Source of the DNA: Takakia lepidozioides
Taxonomy: Eukaryota > Plantae > Bryophyta
Direction: 5' to 3'
DNA: 64,000 nucleotides
Assembly: GCA_030704615.1 (NCBI GenBank)
Contig: CM060732.1
Span: 13,702,001-13,766,000 of the forward strand
The notes beneath the pieces were generated by a model. It saw only the letters and a program-made list of their open reading frames with translations, ran no database searches and was not told the origin of the DNA. Shown one piece after another: positions 11,700 through 23,791 of this stretch (position 1 is its first letter; every line of letters begins with the position of its first letter). Both the position numbers and the translations under genes were made by a program.

Positions 11700-14600
11700 C
11701 AGGGAGTGTTCAACAGTATGGCTGAACGAGATGTGGTGTCGTGGGGTGCGATGATTGCAGGATATGCACAGCAAGGGCGTGGGATGGAGGCTTTGCAGAC
11801 ATATGAGCACCTTCTGTAACACATTTCAGCCTGTTTTCCCTGTTATCAGGATTCAGAGTCATCCCTAAATTTTCAGGTTGAATTCTGCAAGTTAGCTCGA
11901 CGTTGGTGCAAAAAGGTGAATGCCTGTTGGAAGCGCAAGTCAGCATAGGAACTAGTGTGAGAAGTAGGGTGTTTGCTGGAACAAATCTAGGCTGTCATTG
12001 TCAGCTGCTAGCAGCAAGGCAAGGAGGTACTATGCATGATTTGTGCAGAGGTATGGATAGCCGAAGGAGCAGGGATAGAGTGTGGGTCCAGATTCATCCA
12101 AGAGGGCCGGATTTCAAGCTCCAGATTACCTATGAATCCCTGTGGAATGATAGCTACAAGAAACCTGCATGCGTAGATGGTCAACTGGAAGCCGCAACAG
12201 CAGCGGCGGCGGCACAATTGATAAAATTCAGGCACTGCTACTCAAGGCACCTTCTTCAACACATTTCACCCTGTTTTTTCCTCTTATCAGAACCGGCCCT
12301 AAATGTCTCTTAAGGCCTTCAGCAGATGGGTTGAACAGAGTCACGTGGTTTACTTTTTCAACTTGACTTTCAGATCTCAGGGCATGCGAGAGACAGTGTC
12401 AACAATCAATCATTCTTCCTGCAAAGTCTTGGTCTGCACAATCTGAGACTTGAGATCCTCCACAATGGCCAGCATGTTTTTAGTTGAGGATCCACCCTCT
12501 GCCATATCCTCATGAGCACAATATTTGAGCTTCCCTACCCTGGTTCGAATTGCCATGCCCTCCTCCCCTGTCATTAGCTCCCTGATGTGTGCATGATTTG
12601 TGCAGAGGCAGAGATAGCTGAAGGAGCAGGGATAGAGAGTAGGTCTAGATTCATCCAAAAGGGCCAGATTTCAAGCACAAGATTACTTATGATTTCCTGT
12701 AGATCAATAGCTACAAGAAACCTGCATGGGTAGATGGTCAACTGTCATGCCGCAGCAGCAGCGGCACAACTGATAAAATCAGGCACTGGTAATCGAGGCA
12801 CCTTCTTCACATTCACCCTGTTTTTCCCTCTTATCAGAATCGGCCCTGAATTTCCATGTTGAATTCTGCAAGTTAGCTGGTTGAGTGAATGTAGTTTGGA
12901 GTGACTTTGACATGATACTGCTACTGTGACAACAGGAAAGTATCCAAAAATAGGTAACAGAGATGAGGAGAAGCTGTGGAATGAATGCTTTTCTGACTCC
13001 AGTCAGTGGTGGGACACCAGGCAAAAAGGTGAATGCTTGTTAGATTACAGGAGAGTAGCAGACGCAATTCAGTATAGGAACTAGTGTAATAAGCTGAGTT
13101 GGGTGTTTCCTAGAACAAATCTAGGCTGTCATTATCAGCTGCAGGGCAAGGATGTATGCATCATTTGTGCAGAGGCATGGATAGCTGAAGGAGCGGGGAT
13201 AGAGTGTGGGTCCAGATTCATCCAAGAGGGCTGGACTTCAAGCTCCAGATTACCTTGATTTCAGGTGGATCAGTAGCTACAAGAAACCTGCATGTGTAGA
13301 TGGTCAACTAAAGGCAGCAGCTGTAGTGGCACAGTTGATAAAATCAGGCACCTCAACCATGACCACAGCTGTTGAAATTAGAGGATCAAGAGAGGGAGTC
13401 CACAATGCCTCTTCTGGCACTTCTGGGCATGTGAAGATACTTTGTGCCGCAGGCAGACTGACAGAGGCTCTACAGACTCTAAACCAAGGAGGCATTTCAG
13501 CAGATTCAGATATGTCTGTCTGTTGCTTAAGTGCATCAAGATGGATGGTCTGGAAGCTGGAAAGCAGGTGCACACTCACATTATCCAAAGTGGATTCACA
13601 CCAAATGTTTTTCTACTCAACACCCTTGTCAACATGTATGTTAAGTGCGGGAGCATCATGGATGCTCACCAAGTGTTCAACAGAATGCCTCAATGATCTT
13701 TGATCACGTGGAATATTATGTTGGCAGGATTTACCAAGCGTAGGTGTGGTAGGAATGCTTAGGAGACCTATGAGCAAATGTTGCGTGAAGGGGTGAAGCC
13801 CAACCACATCGCGTTTGTCTGTGTTTGCAATGCTTGTGCAAGCCTGGGAGCTCTGGAAAAGAGGGAAGAGGTCCATAGTGACATTGTCAAAGTTGGAATT
13901 GTACCAGATGTCATCCTGGAAACAGAAGCGGCAGCAGCCCAATTGATAGAACAATTCGCTGCTAATGAAGGTATCTTCTTCAATACATTTCACCCTGTTT
14001 TGCCATGTTATCAGAGTCGTCCCTAAATTTAGAATTCTGCACGTTAGCTCGTTCATGATGTGAGCTGGCATGAGTTTTATAAAGATCCTTCACGATGGTG
14101 GGACAACCGCAATCACAAGGTGTGGCTTTTCTTAATGTACGATGTGAAGAAGTTTGTCCATCCTGTAAAGGTGGGCTCTTGGCTCCTGTTAGTACCATGA
14201 TTTGGTGTTCTTCCTGATGTTTACAAGGTTCTTGGGAGAGTCAGCTTGGTCTTAGTAGGCCGTGTTTCAATCTCTGCCTGCTCAGCTGCACCGTGGTGGT
14301 TCTCACAGACCAATCCAACATTACCTGACTACAGACACAAACATCACACACAAGAGGTCATTTTGGGTTGATGCTCGGTCAAATCCTCCATGGGTCAAGG
14401 ACAATGTGGTGAGGGCACCTTCTTCTTTGACCTGTTGCAGCCTGTTTTGCCCCCTCGTCAGACTTGGCCCTGAGATGCATATTGAATTATGTAAGTTAGC
14501 TCATTGGGTGGATCTGTGGTGGTTTGGAGTGACTTTGAACTAGTGTGATAAGTAGGGTTGGGGTGTTTGCTGGAACAATTCTAGGCTGTCATTGTCAGCT

Positions 14601-16140
14601 GCTAGCAGCAAGGCAAGGATGTATGCATGATTTGTGCAGAGGTATGGATAGCTGAAGGGGCAGGGATAGAGTGTGGGTCCAGATTCATCCAAGAGGGCTG
14701 GATTTCAAGCTCCAGATTACCTATGATTCCATGTGGATCAATAGCTACAAGAAACCTGCTGCATGGGTAGATGGTCAAGTAAAGGTAGCAGCTGCAGCGG
14801 CACAGTTGATAAAATCAGGCACCTCAACCATGACCACAGCTTCTGAAAGAGGATCAAGAGAGGGAGTCCACAATGCCTCTTCTGCTGGGCATATGAAGAT
14901 GCTTTGTGAGGCAGGCAGACTGACAGAGGCTCTACAACTTTAAACCAACAAGGCATTTCAGCAAATTCAGATACGTTTGTCTGTCTCTTGCTTAAGTGCA
15001 TCAAGATGAAAGGTCTGGAAGCTGGAAACAGGTGCACACTCACATTATCCAAAGTGGATTAACGCCAATGTGGGAACATCATGGATGCTCACCAGGTTTT
15101 CAACAGAGTGCCTCAACGATCTTGATCACGTGGAATATAATGTTGGCAGGATTTACCAAGGATGGGTGTGGTAGGAGTGCTTTGGAAACCTATGAGCAAC
15201 TGCTGTGCGAAGGGTGAAACCCAACCACATCACATTTGTTTGTGTTTGCCATGCGTGTGCAAGGCTGGGAGCTCTGGAAAAGGGGAAAGAGGTCCATGGT
15301 GACATCGTCAAAGCTGGATTTGTACGAGATGTCATTCTGAACACTGCCCTGGTGGACATATATGCCAAATGTGGGTGCATTAAGGATGCGAAGGGAGTTT
15401 TCAACACTATGGCTGAACAAGATGTGGTGTCATGGAACGTGGGGGGAATGTGATGCTTGTAGGGTATGCACAGCAGGGACATGGAATGGAGGCTTTGGAG
15501 ACCTATGATCAAATATTGATGGGGGAAGGGGTGAAGCCCAACCACATCACGTTGCAGCATACTGGTACTTCACAGCCATGGCGGCTCTCTCAGCCTCTCC
15601 ATTTTTTTTTCTTTTGGTTTTTTTGGCGCTGGGAGAGAGCAGCAGCTCTGCTGTCTCCTTCCCCTTGCTTATGCCGATCGTTAAAGTGGAAATTGTCATT
15701 CTGAACTCTGCCTTGGTGGACATGTATGCCAAATGTGGGTGCAGCAAGATGTGAAGGGAGAGTTTGACAATATGGCTGAACGAGATGTGGTATTTTGGAG
15801 TGCCATGATTGCAAGGTATGTGCAGCATGGGTATGGGATTAAGGCTTTGGAAACATAAGAGCAAATGATGTGGGAAGGGATGAAGCCAGACCAGGCCGTC
15901 ATGCTCATTTGTTTTTGTAATATGCATATGCGAGCCTGGGAAGGGGCAAAGAGGTTTATGGTGACATTATCCAAGCTGAAATTGTACCAGATGTCATTCT
16001 GAACATTCCCCTGGTGTACATCTACGACAAATGTGAGCCTGGCAGCCCTTAAAAGGGCACAAAGGTCCATGATGACATCGTCAAAGCTGGAGTTGTCACT
16101 CTAAACACTGCCTTGCTGGATATGTATGTTAAGGCAGCCC
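11700..16140 (+). pseudogene. PLS-class PPR gene fragments, including N-terminal/5' region copies
   Basis: ERDVVSWGAMIAGYAQQG, KILCAAGRLTEAL, GKQVHTHIIQSG, NTALVDIYAKCG motifs in short broken ORFs. Confidence 0.85.
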
Positions 16141-16823
16141 TGGAAGTGGATGTCACTTTGGATGACAAGGTAGCTGGCACCACCATTCTCTGGAACTGCC
16201 TTAATTCATCCTCAAATGATTTCTAATGTTCTCTTGACATGTCCACGATAGTGCTGGACCTAGCTGCACAGCAGATTATCCTTACTCAATGACTTAAGTT
16301 GGGCAGTGATCTATGGATATGGCAACATGGCCTCATGTTGGTCATTTGTAGAATGTGGCCAAAACTTGTTTTGCAAAACACTCTTGAAATAAACCAGTTT
16401 TGAGCCATCCAAATGTTTTTGGTTCCGACCTGTATTTATATTCTATGTTTTGTTGTATTTGTAATATATTTTCAATGCAGTGCAGCGAATCAAAATATTT
16501 AAATACAATACCCACTAATTCACATACGTGCAGATATAAACTAAGAGTAAATGTAAAAAACGAAATAACAGTAATAAACAAAAAAAAAACCAAATATTAA
16601 ATAAAAAGCCTCCCAATTTATATAAATATATATGTATATATATATGTATATACACCCCCAGAGTGAAACCTATTTAATAAAATGTGTCCTCTTTTACTGC
16701 TTCACAGTAGAATATTACACTATACAAAGTCAAGCAAACTCACTATCACTGATTCACAGTCAAACCGCATACTAAACATCATGGAACATAGTCAATATGT
16801 TCCACTTCAGTTAAACCACTTTA

Positions 16824-16977
16824 CTACACGTCATGCATCCACGTCACTTTGCCCTTAAGCCACTCACTACACGTCATGCATCCACCTTATAATTCAGTTA
16901 AACCACTTTACTACACGTCATAGCCACGTCATAGCCACGTCGCATCCACGTCATACTGTGCTGCATACACGTCACCT
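16824..16977. promoter_or_regulatory. Cluster of 8 CACGTC (Hex/ABRE-like bZIP) motifs
   Basis: CCACGTCA and ACACGTCA repeated within ~150 bp inside the CACTA right end. Confidence 0.5.
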
Positions 16978-17699
16978 CCTAGGTTTTACTGTCACATTTC
17001 ACTGTCAGAACCTGGCATCTGGATTCGACTGCTTGACTGAAACGACTTGACCTTTGTCACACATGTTTGACTATGGAGGCTAGGAGTAAAAATGTCGCAA
17101 ACGACTCAAAAATGAGTCAAATACAGAGTCGAAAAGCCCAGCTTGTATTGTAGTGTTTCCACGGTAATGGGTCCTCTTCTGCGGAAATACACCCTGCATC
17201 TTCCCCAATTTCCATACCAGGTGAACTAGGCTCACGTCAAGCTCTTGGGCTCACAGGCTCCTGGGCTCGTGGGGTTGGGCTCACACTCTAGCATTCCCCA
17301 TCCAATTGGAATAGAAGTTTGCCACAAGATGCCATGCTCTAGAGGTAAGCTGACAGTCAAACAAACAATGCTCAATGGTCTCACTTATGCCACAATTGCA
17401 GACTATACAGGAGGGATCTTGGTCCGAGAAAGTGACAGCCATAGGTAGAATCCGGTTGGCCAGCTTATAGAGAAATGCACTAATTTTTGCTGAACAATGC
17501 TTGGCCCAAATGTCATTCTATACTCCATTCCAGCCTTGGAGCTGCAATATATCGGTATTCTATTTTCTATTCCATTTAGCTGTGAAGTTTGCATTATCAA
17601 GAAGCAGCTTGTACCCCCGTTTTTACTTAAGGATTTGACAATTTATTTAAGCATTTTTGTTTGTAAGTGACTATTTGGAGTGTATCTAATGTTTAGAAC

Positions 17700-19248
17700 A
17701 CTCAGCTGCAAGCAATTCCAACGCAATGGACGGATATCCTCAAAGCCGGGCCTTCAACACCCACCACAATTATTGGACCATGGCGATCTTGTTCAACAAG
17801 CTAACCATTCTCTTTGTCGTCAGATCCAATGGAAATTTCATGGAAGGATTCTCCTTTCACATAGACACCATTACCTTGACCTTTTCTATCCATGACTCCT
17901 CCCTGCAAACCTTTCCACATCGCACACACACTCCCGTTTCCATCTGCTGTTGGTCATCACCAACAAAAGAAATTAATCCCCTGCCACCGCTAAACCAATC
18001 TCTATTCTCGTGGCTCTCTTCCCATTGTTTTGTTTGGATCCTTGGAAGACCGCTGCGGGAGCTAAACTTAGACCCGACAGAGTGGTCCTGGAAAATAGCC
18101 AGAGCGCCGGATCCATTCTTTTCCTATACCACAAAGAAGAGATACCTAGCTCTCAATTGTTCCCCTCCATTGCTAGATAAATGGAATGGCAGATGGAGCC
18201 ATATGGGCTTCGACAATGAAAGTTAGGATACAATATGGAGAGGCATTTGGAAGAAAACCAGATCTGCTAAGCTGTTAGCATTCTTGTGGCAGATAGCCAA
18301 CATGATGTTGAAAGTAGGTGAGTGGCTGAGATTCGATAGCGCCTTGCAATGTAAATGTTGCTCTGCATCAATCATGGAATCTCAGGAACATTGCTTGCTT
18401 CACTGCACTGCCCTGTCCCTTATCTGGCCATACGTCAAATCCTTCTACCGCTCTTGGGACAATCACCACTTGGGGCCCATTGCCATTCTGCTAAATTATG
18501 ACCGCGCAACCAAGCAGAACGCCAGCCACAGCCCTATACTGGACACTCTCAGAACAGCAACCCTCTGACATTTATGGAGGGCAAGATGCAAGAGAACCTT
18601 CTCTGGAACAACATGTTCGATATCCACCGTCTTGTCTGTTGTATACTATGATCTGCTAATAGAAGCAAGGAAAGCTTGGATCAAACTATATGCAGACACT
18701 AAAAAGAAACCCTCAAAACGCAGGTCAGCTACACCTCGCCTTCACAACCACCTGGGCCCACCAGGGCATTATCTGCACAAGCACTTCTGCAGACCACTGC
18801 GAATGGAACAAACTCCCTCCGCCAACCTGGTGCAACATCACTACCATAGTCCATCGCATCGCCGGAGTACGACAGGGACAAGGACGTGAACTGGAAACAT
18901 GTGAAGGAAGCTTCAAAGCCTTCCAGGCTCCACTTCCGTTGATGATTAAAAGCTCTTCATTGCACTAGATTTGCAACGATGCAATCTCTGGTAGTGCAAG
19001 AGCCTTAGGCTCACGGGGATATGGAAAGATATTCACGATTGACTTTTGGTGAAAATAGCAATATGCATTGGCTAGCCAAATACGCTTTTACTCCGCAGGA
19101 AGTAGATAGGTTCGAACAATCACTGTCATCGGTGTCTGTGCCTCATGGCGCTTTCGAGGGTTTTAAGTTTTTTCCCTGTAATAATTTATAATAAAATATA
19201 CCAGGGCATCCCCTGTTAAGTTTTAATAATAATAATAATAATAATAAA
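17700..19248 (+). mobile_element. 5'-truncated L1-type LINE (zf-RVT region, 3' UTR, (AAT)n tail)
   Basis: WRGIW...AFLWQIA...CKCC...ESQEHCLLHC...IW and LW.ARC..TF pattern of the L1 ORF2 C-terminus. Ends in an AAT repeat at ~19225-19248. Confidence 0.75.
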
Positions 19249-19896
19249 TTATAAATGTATAGATAGACCAGCTATTGGTGCTGTTGTACTTTATAAATGC
19301 ACGAGTCTCCTGTAGCCACTAATGGTTTTTTTTTTCCGTTTTCAAAACATGTAGCTCCTATTACCAGGCTTAAAAAATATACAACCCCCATGCCCCTGGG
19401 TTGGGCTCGTGCGAGCATGCTCACATCATACCAATTCCCCCTGCAGATGCCCCAATGGTGAGCTGAAAGTCTCAAATCCTTATCTATCATGATCCCCACG
19501 AAATATCTACAGTAAAATGTTTCATATATTTGATATTTTAGCACATAGTAGAAGAAATACACTTGGGGTCCATATACTCCATAACATACAGGCATGCTGG
19601 GAGCGGTAAGGCATCCATGATAGTCAGGGCCGAGTGAGAGAATAAATGGTGGATGTCCCTGACATTGACGATTGAGTTAATTCTGGGTGTAGTTGGTCTC
19701 CAATTTGAAATTCTCTTTCTCTCTAGAACTACACCCATACCCAAATCACTAATCACAATCCCTACCTATGGACCACTCCGACTTCACAAACAATAGACTA
19801 CTTGTCATTGCCCCTCAACATTTACACTCAGCATATGTGACACTGCCTTTGCAACCTGGTGAGCAAAGGCAGTGGGAATCCTATCTCTATTACCTT

Positions 19897-20838
19897 GTTT
19901 ACCCAGCATAGATTTTTGGTCACCTGGAAGAAGGACATGACAACGAATCATAAGTCGAGTAATTTGTAGATGTCATTCATCCCAAATAGCACACCAAAAG
20001 ACCAGCCAGATTAAGGTGTCGTTGACGACACCTTAATCTGGCACATTTAGGGAAAATAAAAATAATAATAAAAATAATAAAAATATTTTATTATTATTAT
20101 TATTATTTTTGAAAAGTTGCAAATGAACCCCGGTAAATGCCAGGTCTTTTGTTGCAAAGCAAGGGCTAGCATGGATTTTTGGTCACCTGGAAGAAGGTCA
20201 TGACAACGAATCATAAGCCGAGTAATTTGTAGATGCCATTCACCCCAAATAACACACCAAAAGACCAGCCAGATTAAGGTGTCGTCGACGACACCTTAAT
20301 CTGGCACATTCGGGGAAGAATAAAATAATTAATTAATTAATTTTTGGAAAACTCGCAAAAGAACCCAACCCCTGCTTTGCAAGCAAAAGACCTGGCTTTT
20401 ACCCAGCATAGATTTCTGGTCACATGGAAGAAGGACATGACAACGAATCATAAGTTCTATGGTCCGAGCAATTTGTAGATGCTATTCACCCCAAATAGCA
20501 CACCCAAAGACCAGCCAGATTAAGGTGTCGTTGACGACACCTTAATCTGGCACATTCGGGGAAAAATTATATATATATATATATTGGAAAACTTGCAAAT
20601 GAACCCAACCCCTGCTTTGCAAGCCAAAGACCTAGCGTTTACCCAAGGGAAAAATAAAATAAAAATAAAAATTGGAAAACTTGCAAATGAACCCAAACCG
20701 TGCTTTGCAAGCAAAGGACCTGGCGTTTACCCAACATGGATTTTTGTTCACATGGAAGAAGGACATGACAACAAATCATAAGTTATGTGGTCCGAACAAT
20801 TTGTAGATGTCATTCACCCCAAATAGCACACCAGAAGA
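19897..20838. repeat. Tandem repeat of ~235-330-bp units, three of which contain a 38-bp palindrome
   Basis: Unit start CATAGATTTTTGGTCACCTGGAAGAAGG at ~19907, 20170, 20407 and 20735. Palindrome GCCAGATTAAGGTGTCGTCGACGACACCTTAATCTGGC is perfect at 20268-20305. Confidence 0.85.
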
Positions 20839-21462
20839 CGTTACAGATGTCATGTTATGCGGAGGCTGCAGCTTGCAAATTTAGTCTCATCTCTTTCTCT
20901 CCCTCATGTGCCTTACGATAGAGAGGATTTTGTGCAGAGTGAGGCTAGTGTCTTCATAGACAGTTCTTCCTTCGTTTTGGACTCCGACTCCAGTAGTAGT
21001 GGATATTCTTCGTCGGAATGAATCGGCTGTTTTCAAACAATTTATATTAAAGAACCAAATGGCCTCTCCACCTTCTCTGCAATTGGGTGTCAGTATCTCT
21101 CTCGACTTAGGATACCTGGTGAAAGGACAATCACAACCCTCTGCAGTTGGCAGAGGTTCACTGTGGAGCTCGGGGGATTTGACAACCACTACTCAAAAAT
21201 GCTTTTTTATTTTGCATTCAATCACAAACTACATTCATCTATGTGCCATTCGTCCAACATACATTCATCGCCCATTCATCCATCATTCATCCGTCATTCA
21301 TCCATAACGATGAATTGGTATGCATGTTATACTGGACACTACCCGCAGTAATAGGTCCTCTAAGCCGAATAGGTATCCGCGGTTATAGATGAACACATCC
21401 AGAAGCGTGAGCAAAATTCTGCTCACAGAATTTTCTGCTCACGGATTTTGCTCACGGTTTAG

Positions 21463-23004
21463 CAATCCCCGGTTGTAACATCCCCGCTTGCTTTTTGTAT
21501 TCGCTCCGGTTTTTGCTGGCATGTGGTGCATGTCTTGACATACTCCTCGGCCTCCTCCCTTAGTTTGGGCCAGAAATACTTTTTCTTCAAGAGTGTTGCG
21601 GTGCGCTTGGCTCCGCCGTGGCCTGCAAGCGGGCCATTATGGCATTCTCTCAAAAGACCATATCTGAGCCATCCCTTCGGTACGTAGAGGCGCTTTTGCT
21701 TGTACCGGAGCAATCATTTATGCAAATAGAACCGCGACTTAACCCCCAGCCTCAAGTCCCGCAATATCGACTTTGCGAACTCATCCTTCCGATAGGCCTT
21801 CCGAATTTTCCTCTGCAACTCCGTCTCGCCCTTGTACACCAACATGAGCTGCTGCTTTCTACTCATAGCATTGGCCACCACATTGTCATGTCCCGGTTTG
21901 TACTGGATATCCACGTCGAACACTGCCAAAGTGTCTTGCCACCTAATTTGTTTTGGAGACAACTTAGGCTGTGTGGCAAAATACTTCACCGTGACATTGT
22001 CCGTGAACACCTTCACCGGGTTGGAACCAACATAGTGGCGTCAAAGCTCAAGGCAGTGCACCACCGTCTTCATTTTTTTCTCATGCGTGGGCCACCGTCG
22101 CTCCACTTCATTCAGTTTCTTACTTTCGTAAGCCATTGGACGTCCATCCTGCATGAGCACACCCCCGATTGCGAAGTCTGACGCATCCGTGTGAATTTCA
22201 AATGGACGGTCCCGGGATCTTCAAGACTGGAGCTTCTGCCATCCGCTGCTTCAACTCGGCAAAAGCTTGGCCACAAAAAGTGTTCTATACCCATACCTTG
22301 GACTTACACAGAAGATCTGACAGCGGCCCCGCGATCTTGGTGAAATTTCTCACATACTTTCGGTAGTAGGAGACGAGTCCTAAAAAGGATCGCACTCCCG
22401 GGACCAAAGTCGGAGGTTCCCAGTCTAAGATCGCCCTTACCTTTCTATCATCCATTTTGCTCCCATTTTGTGTAATCACATGCCCTAAGAACTCCACCTT
22501 CGTGACCCCGAATTCGCACTTTGAAGCTTTGGCATAAAGCCTCCATTTCCGCAATTTCTGGAGCACCCTTTTGACGTGCTCCAGGTGCTCTTCCTTCGTT
22601 TTCGAGTACACCAAGATGTCGTCGATGTACACGATCACAAAGTCATCCAACTCCTGAAAAAGACAGTTCATCAGGGTGTTAAAGGTTGCTGGCACGTTGG
22701 TGAGCCCAAAAAGCATCACCAAAAATTCGTACGAGCCATATCTTGTCCTGCAAGCTGTCTTTTCCTCATCTTCTTCTTCTATCCGGATCTGGTGGTAACC
22801 CGAGCGTAAATCAATCTGGCTGAAATACTTTGCTCATGCCAACCGATCGAAGAGGTCGTCGATCCTTGGCAAAGGGTACCGGGTTTTGATAGTCACTTTA
22901 TTCAGAGCCCTGTAATCGACACACATCCGCAGCATCCCATCCTTCTTATCTGCGAATAGTACCGGGGCTCCATAATGTGACTTACTCGGCCGGATGTACC
23001 CATT
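21463..23004 (-). mobile_element. Degenerate chromovirus-family Ty3/gypsy fragment (RT, RNase H, integrase zinc finger)
   Basis: [55 protein letters not shown]. Homologous to 38530-40070. Confidence 0.9.
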
Positions 23005-23531
23005 TGTCGTGCGCATACGTATCGCTACACAACTACATCGATGTCCAAACCACACCACACATGTATGCACAATAAAGTAGTCTGCCATAATGATTGAAAG
23101 AACTAATCTCACATGTCTGATACAGAGAAACACAAAACACAACATCATCACTCTTTAAAATAGTAGTCGAGCCAGGGGCATCCCAAGCTATGGGGACTCC
23201 ACCCCACAACAACCTATTCTCCCTACATAAGCACACTCAGATTCTAAACAGTGAAGGAGCTCGGTCGTGCAGGCTCAACTCGAGAGAGATGAGCCGCACG
23301 ACTGACGCTCTCGTGAAGATAAGACGATTCAGGTGTCAAACTAAACTTGACATCTGACTTAACACTTGAACTAAATCCAAGTGTTAAATACAAATAACTA
23401 GATTTATTCTAGTTAGTTTCACACTGTGTTTATTTAACTTGACAACTGTCGTGCGCATACGTATCGCTACACAACTACATCGTTGTCCAAACCACACCAC
23501 ACATATATGCACAATAAAGTAGTCTGCCACA
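23005..23531 (-). mobile_element. 3' terminal region of the DNMT-gypsy: two 85-bp direct repeats (23005-23089, 23447-23531) around a 357-bp hairpin-containing spacer
   Basis: A polypurine tract CTAGGGGGGCGAT (23532-23544, minus) precedes TGTGGCAG, and the repeat ends GCACGACA. The copies differ at 3 of 85 positions. Confidence 0.8.
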
Positions 23532-23791
23532 ATCGCCCCCCTAGCTGGTGGATAGGTCTCTCTAACTCCAGATAGCTACAAGATGTAATAGCCACAGCCG
23601 TACTAAGTCCTCTATCACTGTCCCTATTGTACTCAAACTCTATAGACCAAGAGGCCGGGTACAAGAGTAGCCCCATCGTTAGTCGTCGTCTTGCAATCTG
23701 TGAACTTGAGCCAAGATCTCGTGTGTTCAAGGTCTCCTAGTAGCTTGGCCTTGCATTTATTGTTAGCCTTCCATGGTTGTATCCACTCCCA

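Larger units (their letters stand above)
10783..17155. mobile_element. Non-autonomous CACTA element carrying PPR gene fragments (Pack-CACTA 2)
   Basis: Left end CACTACAACAC, right end reverse complement CACTACAATAC, with 3-bp TSD TTT. TTGACT/TCGACT subterminal repeats at both ends. Confidence 0.87.

Noticed and set aside
17160-17625. Possible minus-strand LINE remnant
   Set aside because: Too degenerate to assign from motifs.
19897-20838. CRISPR-like palindromic repeats
   Set aside because: Sequences between the palindromes are long and homologous to each other, so this is a tandem repeat.
23298-23332. Hammerhead-ribozyme-like CTGACG...CGTGA...GACGA
   Set aside because: The core CUGANGA and GAAA are not intact and stems I and III could not be built.
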